A stretch of 64,000 nt of DNA from NCBI RefSeq assembly GCF_036971445.1, contig NC_091477.1:110856001-110920000 (forward strand), written 5' to 3'. Below the pieces are notes generated by a model that worked only from the letters and a program-made list of their open reading frames with translations, had not been told where the DNA came from and ran no database searches. Both the position numbers and the translations under genes were made by a program. This DNA comes from Narcine bancroftii. Taxonomy: Eukaryota. Below are positions 51,571-64,000 of this stretch, piece by piece. The number at the start of each line of letters is the position of its first letter. Positions within the stretch are counted from its first letter, which is position 1.

Positions 51571-52399
51571 AGAGAACCACAATGGAATTTAAGAAATTGC
51601 GGTTATAAATGTTAAATCTGATACTTTATTCTGCTTCAGTAAGATGGCATGTGGAAAAGGAACCAATCATATTTCAGTACTAGATTACAGCCAAAAGCAG
51701 TTAGATTTTCCATGATAAGTTTCAATCAAAGAAACAATAAAGGTGTAGAAGACATTCAGTTGTCAACATTAGATATGTAAGAATTATGTAAATTTGCACA
51801 AGAATAATTAAGGAGAGCAATGATATTCATTATACATACTAGAGATTTGAAGTACAGATGTCAAATGAAGTACAGATTGTTTTTGGGGGGAGGGTAGCAG
51901 AGGTTTCTGAACAATTTAGTTTTCACAAACATTGATACATTCAGATATGACGGCCATTTTTCTTCACAGAAGCCTTATCACTTTGGACTGATTTACTACG
52001 TGGGTCCATTGTCATTTCTTCTGGGCATTTTGCAGAAACAGAAGCAAACTCCAACGATTATTTGCATTATGCTGACAATCACTTCCATTATCCCAACCAA
52101 AAAGAGTCCAAGGAAAGTCATCATGTGAATTGTCTTTTGCACCTCTGCATGTACCTCTGAAGTTTGAGCCCTTGGTTCAGCTTTCGTACTGAAAACTAGT
52201 GAGTTATTGATAGACACACTGCTAAAATTGCTATTTGGTAGATGAGTGGATTCTGTTTGAAAGCCAGTTTGACTAATTCCTGTTATCTTCCAGAAACCAG
52301 TTTAAATCAAGCTTGAGGTTTGAAAGAGAGCTATAAAGAGAAATGATAACTGGTACAATTTACAGAGCCCAAGCTTTGTTCAGTGTGAAAACAGGGCCT

Positions 52400-53800
52400 T
52401 CAGCTCACTGTCAATGCCAATCTTTTTTGCCCATCTACCTCATCTCAATACTCACGTTAGGTCCATATCCTTGCCAATATATGTGCTAGTCTAAATGTGT
52501 CCTAAATCAGTGATTATATTTTCTCCCTTCTCTGGGAGCGAGCTCCAGATATCATGCACCCTCTGCGGGAGGTAAAAAAAATTCCCCTCATATCCCCATT
52601 AGAATTCCTTCCTCTCCCGTTTCTAGATACTCTTGCCACAGGGAAAAAAAATGACTATCTCCCCATCTACAACTCTTATAATTGTATGTCTTTCAAGTCA
52701 GCCTCTTTTATTCCAGATGGCCAGGCTCGATTTGTTTTCTCATCTCTCCCCAGAACTAAAGTCCTCCAATCACAGAGCATAGAATGGCACAGCAGTCCGC
52801 AAAATTGCACTGACCTTTACAAACCTACTCCACATCAATCTAACCCTTCCCTCCCTCGCAGCCCATAACTCTCCATTTCTCTTACTTCCACATACCTGAG
52901 TCCACCACCACCATCCAGAATGCAATCAAGGCATCCACCACTCCCTGTGTGTTTTTTTTTAAAAAACACCTCTGATGTCTCCCCTAAACCTTCCTCTACT
53001 CATCTTACACAGATGTTCTCTGGTATTGGCCATTGCCGCCCTGGGAAAAAGGTACTGGCCATCACCCTATCTATGCCTCTCATAATTATACAGTTCTATT
53101 AAGTTCTCCAACCCAGGTAGCATCCTGGTAAATCTCTGCACACTCTCTAAAGCTTCCACATTCCTTCAACAATGAGGTGACCAGAACTGAACACAATAGT
53201 CAAGTATGATCTAACCCAGTGATTCTTAACCTTTTTTTTTCCATTCACATATCATCTTAAGTAATCCCTTATTGGCTCTGTGGTTAGCAAGGGATTACTT
53301 AAGGTGGTTTGTGAATGGGAAAAAATGGTTGAGAACCATTGATCTAACCCAGAGTTTTATAGAGCTACAACATTATCGTGCGGCTCTTAAACTCAATCCC
53401 CCCAAACAATGAAACCCAGTACTGCATATGCCTTAACCTTAATGCACATCAACTTTGAGGGATCTATAGAATTGGACCCCAAGGTCCCGCTGTTCCTACA
53501 CACTCCTAAGAAAGATGCTATTGCCATTTACTCTGCCTTCAAGTTTAATATTCCAAAGTGTATCACTTTACACATTTCCAGATTGAACTCCATCTGCCAC
53601 TTCTCTGCATCCCGTCTGTATTCTGCTTCAAATTGGCACCATATTGGTGAATTTCCTCTGCCCTCTCTCCAGCATAACCACATCCTTCCCATGGTGCAGT
53701 GATCAGAAATGTGCACAATACTCCCAAGTGCAGTTTAATGATTTGTGAAGTTGTAACATCCTAATCTTTATATTGTATATCCTAACCAGAGGGCCTAGGG
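52400..53800 (-). mobile_element. Nested CR1 fragments inside TM4SF20 intron
   Basis: AEKWQMEFNLEMCKVIHFG and other CR1 ORF2/3' UTR remnants; another piece lies at 54170-54470 (+). Confidence 0.75.
53217..53341. mobile_element. 125-bp hAT-Charlie-type MITE with perfect 8-bp TSD
   Basis: TIRs CAGTGATTCTTAACC / GGTTGAGAACCATTG; ATCTAACC duplicated at 53209-53216 and 53342-53349. Confidence 0.88.
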
Positions 53801-56800
53801 CATTCTTCTCCACTCTATCTAGCTGTGTTGCCACTTTCACAGAACTATGAACTTAATCCCAAGAGGGGGATCAGAGGGGAAAAGATGAGCAAATTTAAGT
53901 TCTTTGGGAGTCACTGTCTCGGAGGATTTTTCCTGGACTCAACAGACTAATGGCATCATGAAGAAAGCACGTCAGCGCCTCTATTTTCTCAGAAGTTTGG
54001 TATCATTACAGACAAGACCCTCCCCACCATCGAGAACATCTACTGTAAATTATCCTTAGCAATAGCTGGTGTTGTCAATAGATATTCATGAGAAAATATT
54101 GTAACAGGGAAATGGATTTGCTTTGAAAGCCAGTGTGGACTTGGTGAGCTTGATGGCCTCCCGATCATGTCAGTTGAGTAGATATAAACTCTGGTTAGAT
54201 CATACTTAGAGCATGTGTTCAGTTCTGGCACCTCATTGTTGAAAGAATTTGGAAGCTTTAGAGAGTGTGCAGAGATTTATCAGGATGCTACCTGGATTGG
54301 AGAACATGTCTTATGAAGAAAGGTTCAGAGGCAACTTAATAGAGGTGTATAAGATTATGATAGCCATAGGTAGGGTGACAGCCAGTACCTTCTTCTGAGA
54401 GTGCCAATGGCCAATACCATAGAGTATCCATTTAAGATAAGTGGTGGAAAGTTTAGGGGAGATGACAGATGTTGAATAATTTAAAACTCTGCTCTCCCTA
54501 AATAACATTCTTCTCTCAGACAAAAACTGAGCTTCTTTTGTGCTGTTGGAATATACTAAAAGGTGTCAGTCAGTCCTTGTTATCCTTTTGATTACCAGTC
54601 TGATGATGGGGGCCAAGACAACATCAAGAAATTACACATCTTCCAGTCTTTGAAATCTTGTTTGTTTCTTAGCAACCAGAACCAGAATCTTTTGATACTC
54701 CCTATTCTTATTTTAAATGTTGAGAGAATTTTCTTTGGTTTAAACTATCTATGCTGAAACTATAATAAATAATAATGGCCAATAAGCTATGAATTCTAAG
54801 TCTGTAGTTTATGATGTTAAATACATTGGTTTAAGAACTGTTAACCAAACATGAGTGTTTATATAGATATACCTGTATGTAATCTGGTGTACCACATGCG
54901 CTTGTACAATTTTGGTTGATCAGTTGTCATTAATAGACAATAAAAATGTACTTGCCTGACCTCTTCTATTGAAAAGTTGCAGTCAATTACACTGAGTTAC
55001 TGAGTTGCAGATCAACAGCCCCCTCATCAGGGAATATTAAAAAATGTGGAAGATGCATTTTTTAAAGGATAGAGAAGCAGAAAAGTTAGACGAAAGAAAT
55101 TTCAAATTTTTGATTCAGGCAACAACTACTAATAATGGGGGAGAATTAAAATTGAGGATGCTCCAAGGACCAGGATTGAAGAAACTTCAATCCTAAAAAT
55201 ACAGGGCTAGAACAGATTGTATAGATAGGTGGGAAAGTTACATAATTGAGGGACTGAAAGCAAGGATGAGATATTAAAAATGTTATCTTGTTTAACTGGG
55301 AATCAAATGGAATATTCAAATATATAATTGAACATAACTAATTAGTTTCTGCCTGGGGCTGAGCAGAAATAAGCTGAGCAGAAATAAACCTACAATAATC
55401 TGAATAGATATTGAGATGAATAATTTTGCACTTGATTTTACCTCCTAATCTTAATTTTAGCTGCACAGCAAATATCTCTTGTTCGATCTCTTACCACAAT
55501 GTTATGCAAGTTTGATCTGTCCAGTAGCAATTTTCTCTCTTTTTAAATAGGTGTTGTTTCTCGTCACTTTCCTTTGCCACAATTACAATATTTCTAACTT
55601 AATCAGTTAATGGGAGAAGACATAAAGCTACTAAAGTCTATAAGACATTCCGTATCTCGTTCTATTGTACAATCTCTTAGCAAGATCCCACCTCCAAAAA
55701 CACCAGGCAGCCACCACTTGTAACATGATATGGAGTTCCAAAATAACTGGCCATCATGATAGTTGACGATCAAAGGTATTATATTCAGGGTAATAGCTAA
55801 AATAGTTAAAGCTAGGAGGCAAGAGCCATTAAATAAGGCGAAGCAAGGCATTTCTGGCAAACACAGCAGTAACACTAGCAGGGTTCTGGGACCCATGAGT
55901 TTCACAATGAATGAATTTTGGAACATTTTAGTTATATATTACGTCAAAGATTAAACTCAGGCACTTTTTTAAGTAACATAATGCAGTAGTCATGTTTATT
56001 ATAAAGTTTCTTAGTTTTAACTCAGTAGATCATGTCATTTGGGGAGGGAGACTCCAGTGATCCTCTCTGCCACTTTAATGATCCTGTGGATTGATCTCCA
56101 ATCCATTTCTCTACAGCAACCGTAACACATAGTGATGCAGCCAGCCAGGACACTCTCGATAGAGCTCCTGCAGAAGGTTGACATGACAGTGGCTGGTTGC
56201 TTTGCCCGCTTCAGTATTCTCAGGAAGTGCAGTCTTGTGCCCTCTTGACAAGTGAGATTTGTATGTCCACAATAAGTCACTAGTTAACTTGATTCTCTCC
56301 ACTACAGTTATTCACTCCATTGAGGTTATCTACGAGACAGTGCCATAAAAAATCAGCCTCTATCCTCAAAGACCCACACCACCCAAGCCATGCCCTCTTC
56401 ACTCTGCTACCATTGGGAAAAAGTACAGGAGCCTAAAGACGAGCACTCAGCAGCACAAGGACAGCTTCCTTCCTGCTGCCATCAGATTCCTGAATAATCA
56501 ATGAACCAAAGACACTGCCTTCTTTTCCTGCACTGTTATTATTTGTGTAGTCGTAAGATTGTTATACAATATGTATGTTTGCGCTATGATGCTGCCACAA
56601 AATACCGAATCTCATTGTTTCTTACTGTCTCCGACACTTGTAGAGTACAAAGGTCTCACTTGTTGACCTTCAAGTATCCCGAGGCCACATTCAGGTGCAC
56701 TATAAAAACAATCTTTGCTGGTATGTGAACTGCTCTACTTAAGATTGAAAAAAGCGGCTGAAGGTTGTGAATGTAACTCAGAAAATCATGCAACATTGTT

Positions 56801-57133
56801 TTATTTGTTTTCCCCTAAAATCGGTCAGTAGATTTCTCCCTCAAAAAGAAAACAGGTTCTGAAAAATGAAATTAAAACACAATGCTCGAGAAACCCAGCA
56901 GGTCCAGTGGGAAAAAAATGAAATTCTATTTTGCAGATGTGCAGGGAAGGGGGTTTAAACCCACAAAGATATGTTTGAACCTGTTGGTGGATAAGCAAAT
57001 ACAAAAAAAATGATTTCAAAAAGATCAGGATGAAGTGAGATACACATTTGGCAAAAGTGAAATGTGTCAGGAGTAGGATGGCCATTTCTAAAAAGGAGGA
57101 CATGGCCATAGGTTACCAGATATATATATATAA

Positions 57134-57485
57134 GGTGCTTTCAGGTGCTCGGACCCAGATAACGCGCCGGGAGAAGCGGCTGGGGGAGTGCAGCTGGGAT
57201 GTTCAGGTGGCCGCGGAGAAGACGCCTTTATATCACCTGAACGTGTCAGCTGAAGGAGAGGCGCGTCCGAGCGAACGCCAGCACATGCGGACTGTGGCCG
57301 TAGGCCCACTGCTGCTTTCAGGTGCAATGGGGGGGGATTCTCAGAGCCGGAGATCATACCTCAGGGGGAGGGTTAGTTAAGTGCTCCTCTTGGCCGGCTT
57401 CTCCACTTTCAGGTGGCACCCGACAGCCAGATAGGGGGAGAATATGCGGCTTTACATTGGGGTATTTTGGCCACCTGAAAGTGCC
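57134..57485. mobile_element. MITE (Harbinger-like)
   Basis: Imperfect TIRs GGTGCTTTCAGGTG / CACCTGAAAGTGCC, flanked by TAA/TTA, with internal TTTCAGGTG repeats. Confidence 0.65.
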
Positions 57486-57718
57486 TTATAGATAGCATGT
57501 TTCCAAAAAAAATTATGTTTTTAAAATTTAAACCGTAGTGCAAAAAACACACTGTATAATATATAATATACATATACTATATGTATATATATATGCAACC
57601 TATGACCATGTCCTCCTTTTGGAATGGGCAGGAGGGAGAGAAAACATTTATAATTGAGACATTTCAAGAGATCGAATGTCAAGGAAGAAAATAACCCTGA
57701 TGAACATGCAGAAAGCAA

Positions 57719-58489
57719 GGGGTGGGAGTGGGAGTGGGGGTGGGGGGGGAGTGGGGTGGGGGAGGAGTGGGGGTGGGGGAGGAGTGGGAGTGGGGGGGAG
57801 TGGGAGTGGGGGGGAGTGGGAGTGGGGGTGGGGGTGGGGGGGAGTGGGGGTGGGGGGAAGTGGGGGTGGGGGGGGAGTGGGAGTGGGGGGGGAGTGGGAG
57901 TGGGGGTGTGGGGGGAGTGGGAGTGGGGGGGGGAGTGGGAGTGGGAGTGGGGGGGAGTGGGAGTGGGAGTGGGGGGGGAGTGGGAGTGGGAGTGGGGGGG
58001 GAGTGGGAGTGGGAGTGGGGGGGGAGTGGGAGTGGGAGTGGGGGGGGAGTGGGAGTGGGAGTGGGGGGGAGTGGGAGTGGGGGGGGAGTGGGAGTGGGGG
58101 GGTGGGAGTGGGGGGGAGTGGGGGTGGGGGAGGAGTGGGGGTGGGGGAGGAGTGGGGGTGGGGGAGGAGTGGGGGTGGGGGAGGAGTGGGGGTGGGAGTG
58201 GGGGTGGGGGTGGGGGGGAGTGGGGGTGGGGGAGTGGGGGTGGGGGGGGAGTGGGAGTGGGAGTGGGGGGGGAGTGGGAGTGGGGGGGGAGTGGGAGTGG
58301 GGGGGGAGTGGGAGTGGGGGGGTGGGAGTGGGGGGGAGTGGGGGTGGGGGAGGAGTGGGGGTGGGAGTGGGGGTGGGGGTGGGGGTGGGGGGGAGTGGGG
58401 GTGGGGGAGTGGGAGTGGGGGGGGGAGTGGGAGTGGGGGGGGAGTGGGAGTGGGAGGGGTGGGAGTGGGGGGGAGTGGGGGTGGGTGGG
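57719..58489 (+). repeat. G-rich (GGGAGT/GGGGGT)n low-complexity repeat with G-quadruplex potential
   Basis: About 770 bp with no C on the + strand; G-runs of 3 or more separated by 1-3 nt loops. Confidence 0.97.
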
Positions 58490-58734
58490 CAGACCCTAAG
58501 GATCAGCAGCCGCAGCTGGGGGGGACTGAGAGCTGATGAGCTCAGTCTCCCTGTGGAGGTGCTGGCTGGAAGTCGGTGTGACCTGCTGAGTTTCTCCAAT
58601 CCCTCCCCACGGACCCTGCAGACTTTCCTGCTTCCCATCTGGGGTGGGGGGGTGTGATCCGTCCTGCTGCTCCCCCCTCCGTCTCCACGGAAGCTGCTCC
58701 ATCTGCTCTGCTTCTTCATTTCGGAAATACAGCA

Positions 58735-58908
58735 GCCGATGCGCCCCGCTTCAAAGGGGCGACGTGCCTCGTCCTCCCGCCGGGCGTCCGCCGGAAGTGA
58801 CGCGCGCTTCCGGCGGGCGCCCACCTCTCGCCCCGCCCCCTCCCTCCCGCCCGCCTGCGCTGCGGCGTTGTGCCTTTCTCTCCGCTCCCCTCCCGATCGT
58901 CCGTCCGG
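58735..58908 (+). promoter_or_regulatory. AGFG1: AGFG1 CpG-island promoter/5' UTR
   Basis: Inverted ETS pair CCGGAAGT...CTTCCGG at 58791-58813 overlapping a TGACG half-CRE; GC box CCCCGCCCC near 58831. Confidence 0.7.
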
Positions 58909-59069
58909 ATGGCAGCCAAGCGAAAGCAGGAGGAGAGGCACCTGAAGCTGCTGCGGGAGATGACCACGCTGCTGCACAACCGGAAATGTTTCGACTGCGA
59001 CCAGAGGGGCCCGACCTACGCCAACATGACCATCGGCTCCTTCGTCTGCACATCGTGCAGCGGCATCCT
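58909..59069 (+). CDS. AGFG1: ArfGAP with FG repeats 1, exon 1 (gene continues beyond the window)
   Basis: MAAKRKQEERHLKLLREMTTLLHNRKCFDCDQRGPTYANMTIGSFVCTSCSGI(L): ArfGAP C4 zinc finger, donor CT|gtgagt. Confidence 0.96.
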
Positions 59070-59329
59070 GTGAGTAAGAGGAGCCGGGAGCCGCCGGGCC
59101 TCTCCCCATCTCTCCCTCCACGCTCTCGGGCAGCTGCATCGCTCGATGCCTCGTCGCAGGGAGGGAGAGGGGAGTTACGCCCACCTTGGGCCACAGGGCA
59201 CGGGCAAAGGAAGGAAGACCCCAGTGAAAGCCGCGGGGGGAAGCAGAGAAGGGAAGTGCCAGACTTTGCACTGAATCATTGCATATTCCTGGTAGATAAG
59301 GGTTGGGATCAATCCCAGTGTTGAGTCGA

Positions 59330-61090
59330 GGAGTTGGGGTGTTGTGGTAAAGTTGCAAAAGACGCTGGCGAGGCAAAATTTGGAGCATTATGTGCTCTTT
59401 TGGTCACCTATCCCAATCTGAATTAATTGTCATAAACAAGTCACGAAATTTGTTGCTTTGCGGCACCATCACGGTGCAACTATTTCTAAACACCACCTTA
59501 ACAAAGCGAAATAAAAATAGTGCACGAAAAATCAGGACAAGGCAGGATCATTCGGGAATCTGAGAGCAGCTGGGTGCTTGTCTTCAGGCTCCTGTGCCTA
59601 TTTCCCGATGGTAGCAGGCATGGCCTGGGTGGTGGGGGTCCATGAGGATAGAGGCTGCTTCCTGAAGACACCAGGTGTCCTTGATGGAGTGAAGACCGAT
59701 GCCCCTGATGTCACAGGGCCAAGTTAACAAACCTCAGGAGTTTTTTTTATTTCCTTACCCTGAGCATTGGCACCTCCCTACCAGACAGCAACGCAGCCAG
59801 GCAGAATGCTCTCCATGGTACAGTTGTTGAAGTTTTCGAGAGTCTTCAGTGACATACCGAATCTCCTCTAATACCTCGCAAAGTGTAGCTGCTGGCGAGC
59901 CTTTTTCAATTGAAAGAGCACAGGCAAGATTTACTAGGATGTTGCCTGGACTTCAGGAACTGAGTTACAGGCATAGGCTAAACAGGTTAAGACTTTTTTT
60001 TTAACCTGGAGTGTAAAAGAATGCGGGGAGATTGATTGGAGGAATTTTAAATTATCAGGGGTATAGACAGAGTCAATGAAGGTTGGCTTTTTCCACTGAG
60101 GGTAGGTGAGATAGGAACAAGGGGAAAAGGGTGAAAGGGGAAAAGTTTAGGGGAAACATGGGATCGATGGGAGGGCTGTGGACAGTACAGGTCAGTACGT
60201 GGCAGAAAAATAGTTTGGCACGGACTAGAAGGGCCAAAGTGTCTGTTTCTGTGCTGTAATGTTCCATGGGTCTAATTGAAACTAGAGAATTCCACGCTGG
60301 GGAAGAGTGATTCAGTGAGAACAAGAGAAATCATTTCGGAGAGAGCTGAGAATCCAGCCCTCCTCGCACCTGTTACATCACACAAAGTGTGGAGGGATAG
60401 AAGGTATCTTGCAGCTAAGCAAATGAAAGGTAGAATTAGTAAGTAAAAACACAACGCTGAAGAAACTCAGCAGGTTAAACAGTGTCCTTTATATAGCAAA
60501 TGTAAAAATACATAACTGACGTTTTGGGCTTGAGCCCTTCATCAAGTTAGAATCACCCCATCAAGAAGTCAACAGATACAAGAAACCTGAGCAAACAATG
60601 AGAAGCAGGGAGTCCCTTCAGCTCTTGGTTGTTTATATGGAAGCTCGTGTCCTTAACTGTAGAAGTCTGTCATCCTAAGACCATAAGGCATTGGAACAGA
60701 AATAGGCTATTCAGCCCATCGAGCCTGCCCCGCTCACCGTTGATCCATTTCCCCATAACCTTTGATGCCCTGGCTAATCAAGAACCTATCAATCTCTGCC
60801 TTAACTACACCCAATGACCTGGCCTCAACTGCCTGTGGCAATACATTCCAAAAATTTACCACCCTCTCTTGCTTAAGAAATTCCCAGGCATTTCTGTTAT
60901 AAGCAGACCTCTTGTCCTCGACTCTCCCACCATGGGAAACAACCTTTCTACATTCGCTCTGTATATGCCTTTCAACATTTGAAATGTTTCAATGAGATTC
61001 CCCCCTCTTTCTCCTAAATTCCCAAGAATATAGGCCGAGCCGCAAACATTTCTGTATGATAACCCTTTCATTCCTAGAAACATCCCAGTG
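59330..61090. mobile_element. Cluster of CR1 and Rex/Babar fragments in AGFG1 intron 1
   Basis: A CR1 at 59330-59410 resumes at about 59920-60270 around a minus-strand insert. A minus-strand CR1 3' end lies at 60680-61090 (NLIETFQMLKG...ESRTRG). Confidence 0.7.
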
Positions 61091-63631
61091 AACTAGTAGA
61101 TAAGGATAGAACTTAGCCATGAGATCTGGGTACTTTGGATTGCCAGAGGAAATGCTTGATCACTGACAGTCTAAATGGCTGAATTTGGTAGCTTGATTTT
61201 TATCATTAACATGAAATGCACATTCCACATGAAAGGAAGTAACGACCGTGTTGACTCGCCTCTTGTATCTTAAGTAGGCCAACTGCATGTCTGACAGATA
61301 GGGCTGCTGGGGAAAATTTTCCCGTATGAAATTTTGGGTGGACTAAATTTTATCTTCGGGCACTGTCTAAAGCTCTAATCCTTCGACATTGATTTCATCT
61401 CTTACCCATCAACTGTCAGCAATTGAACAAGATGCTTTGCAATCTTGAATCAGTAGATTAGTTTTGCATGATGCCGCCACATGGACTGTTCCCATCTTGT
61501 AACATCACTTGACTGCAGCTTCATCTCAGCTAATCTCTTCACTTTCTCCTTGATGATTTCAATTCATATATTTTCTATGCACTCCTGGGCAACCTTTTCT
61601 GTTTGGCTTTCATTACAATTGAAACCATTCAAAGTCTGGCTGTCCATATGTTAACCAGGATCATGCCCTGTTCATCTGAATTGCTCATGCTTGCAGACCT
61701 ATATGCACCAGTGCCTCGGTTTTAAATTTCTTGCCCTTGTTAAATTCTTCCTTTGCCTTATCCCTATCTATCTTGGTAACTTCAGTTTATTAAAACTGTA
61801 GAGGTGTGGCATTTTGATTATGACTGAATTTATTAATTGCACAGGATTACCTTTAGTCACCTAGTCTCTAAACTATGGATGTCTGCTTAATCCCATCTGC
61901 CTCTTTGTTTCTTTTCATCCTTTTAAGATACATTTTCTGACTAATCATTTGGTCCTCTACCCTGGTATCCCACATGATGTGGTGCCAAATTTGATTTGAT
62001 GCATCTCCTGTTTCCATGTTCAAGAAGCAAAATAAATGTCATTGCGTTAGGGCTCCATAGGGACTGATATTGCAGGTGGGAGGCGCTCTGCAGGAATTGA
62101 TGGAATGAGCAATAAGTTGAAGGATTAATTACGCACACAGGTCGGGGTTTGAAATTCCCTGCCTGAAAGGGTCATGGAAACTGAACACTCACCACATTTT
62201 TTAAATATCTGGATAAATTCGTGAAAAAAAGGCTGAGATGTAGCTGTTGGATGGCTTGGACACAAGTGTGCCTGTTTCCTAAGTTTTAATATTTTACAAT
62301 ATTGGGGTTTCTCAATGACCTTGATATTCCAATATACTTCACAATAAAATACCATGAACAGGTAGTCACAATTATAGGCACACATGTTGACCAGCAAGCA
62401 CCCATTTACACATTACCATCAAGTCCCCCAAGCTTTCACCATCCACCTAAACCCTAGGTGAAATTTACAGGAGCCAATTAACCAACCAAATCTCATGTCT
62501 TTGGGATGTGGAAAGATTGGAGCAACCATCAAAAATTCAATTGGTCACAGGGAGAATGTGTAAAATGAACACGGATAATACTGAAAAACAGATTGAACCA
62601 GGGTCATTGGATTTATAAGGGCAGCTGTGTGAGCTTTACTGCCCCAAAATGTTCTTGAAAGTAAAAAGCCAGTAAACAGCTAAATAATGTACAAAAAGGT
62701 GTCATTCAGTTGAGAAAGAAAACCAAATATATTAAATGTAACTGCAGGTGATACGAGATAGAGCAATGGAATTTGAATAGGGAATTTTATTATTGCCCTC
62801 AGGTCATACCAGAGGATCCATAATGAGTTTATTGACATACACATTGTACAATGTACATATGCACCAAAATTCTTATTTATTGCACCTGAACAGGTACTTT
62901 TAAAGAAAAACTATAATAGTAAATTAATTAAATTAAAAGAGACAATAGAACCTGATAGAATATAAATATTCCACAGCAAAAAAGTAACTTGCAATATTGC
63001 AGACAACCCTTTTGTGTTGTTGAGCAGTCTGTGATTAGTATACCTCGGGGAGGTTCCAGATTCTGATTGCTGTTGGAAAGAAATTGCTTTTGATGTCTTG
63101 GTTTTCAGGCTTCTATATCTTCTACTTGAAGGAGGGAGCAAGAAGAGGTTATGACCAGGATGATGGTCCTTTATGATGTGGCTGCCTTCACATCAATGTC
63201 TGCAATGCCTGTGATGGACCTGGCAATGTTTGCCATCTTCTATAGCCTGCTGTGTTCCTGGGCACTTGAGTTGCTAAACCAGGTTATGATGCAACCAGTC
63301 AGTATATTTTACACAGTGGACCTTGTTGACGCTTGCTTTGACAAAGGATCACTGGAAGAGCTCAGCAGATTAGACAGCTTCCATGGGTAGATATAGTCAG
63401 ACAATGTTTCAGCTTTTAATAAATAAAAGATTCTTGTGCAGCAACGTGTTTACCAGAGACAGTAGCTTTGTGCTAATTGCCATTTTTAGATGTAAAATGT
63501 TTTGCTTTGCATAGAGCAACTTTTCTGTTTTCTATTAGTTCTATTTCCAGTTTCAAATCTGAACAGGAAAACTAAAATCAATAAAACACATTAACCTGAG
63601 TTTTCATTGGTGCATAATTTGCAGTGTTATC

Positions 63632-63697
63632 ATTTGGAATGGTACCCTAAGTCATTGTATTTGTATTTGGAATGGTACCCTAAGTCATTGTATTTGT
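63632..63697. repeat. Two-copy 33-bp tandem duplication
   Basis: ATTTGGAATGGTACCCTAAGTCATTGTATTTGT repeated twice. Confidence 0.85.
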
Positions 63698-64000
63698 CTG
63701 TCGTGTTCTTCATAACAGTCACTTATTTTTAAAAAAAAAGAGTTTGTTTCTGGAGAACGCTCCTGCATTGATTATAAATATACCGAATAAAATACTACGT
63801 CCTAGAATTCATAAAAAATAGAAAGCAAACCTTCCAGAAATGTTCTTTGCAATGGCAGATCTGGGGCAGGAAAAGTATCTCGATATGCCTAAAGGCTTAC
63901 AAAAATTAACTGTGAAAAAATGTGCCAATTTTCAGATGAGGTGATGTTATATTAAGCTATCACTCAATTCCAAACTATGGGACATTTGTAGAAACTCTTG

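Larger units (their letters stand above)
51996..55851 (-). pseudogene. TM4SF20: TM4SF20 (L6 superfamily) orthologue with disabling lesions
   Basis: Exon 1 at 55851-55681: MPCFALFNGSCLLALTILAITLNIIPLIVNYHDGQLFWNSISCYKWWLPGVFGGGIL, followed by CTAAGA in place of GTAAGA. Last exon at 52330-51996: SLSNLKLDLNWFLED, a frameshift, then ...TIHMMTFLGLFLVGIMEVIVSIMQIIVGVCFCFC*. Middle exons not recognisable. Confidence 0.8.

Noticed and set aside
56935-56980. GGLNPQ peptide resembling AGFG1 exon 2 (RGLNPPHRVKS)
   Set aside because: The match is only 4 residues, is followed by a stop and lies upstream of exon 1. Real exon 2 was not found in the window.
57654-59388. Gly/Trp-rich and Pro/Thr-rich ORFs (281-569 aa)
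   Set aside because: They are translations of the G-rich simple repeat and the CpG island, open in multiple frames, with no domain signal.

Overview
This is eukaryotic, intron-rich vertebrate DNA, not prokaryotic. The repeat content (HE1/V-SINE-like SINEs, CR1, Rex/Babar, RTE, Penelope-like elements) suggests a cartilaginous fish, probably a ray; this is an inference. The window is the COL4A3-MFF-TM4SF20-AGFG1 syntenic block with MRPL44 inside it. In order: the last three NC1 exons of a type IV collagen (COL4A3, +), complete MFF (7 recognisable coding exons, about 302 aa, +), complete MRPL44 (4 exons, 329 aa, +), a disrupted TM4SF20 (-), and exon 1 of AGFG1 (+). Introns and intergenic DNA hold many decayed transposons, and there is a 200-N gap at 15327-15526. 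Most unusual observations: (1) a 40-bp minisatellite puts 20 NRF1-type motifs directly against the MRPL44 start codon, and its only stop in the MRPL44 frame sits in the one 38-bp unit; (2) TM4SF20 appears pseudogenised (donor GT>CT plus a frameshift); (3) a 6x28-bp array of back-to-back AG|GTGAG splice sites lies in MRPL44 intron 1; (4) a 770-bp C-free G-tract repeat lies upstream of AGFG1; (5) MFF has a candidate 66-nt cassette exon. I found no CRISPR, RNA gene or clearly novel protein system. All family calls come from motif recognition, not database searches.
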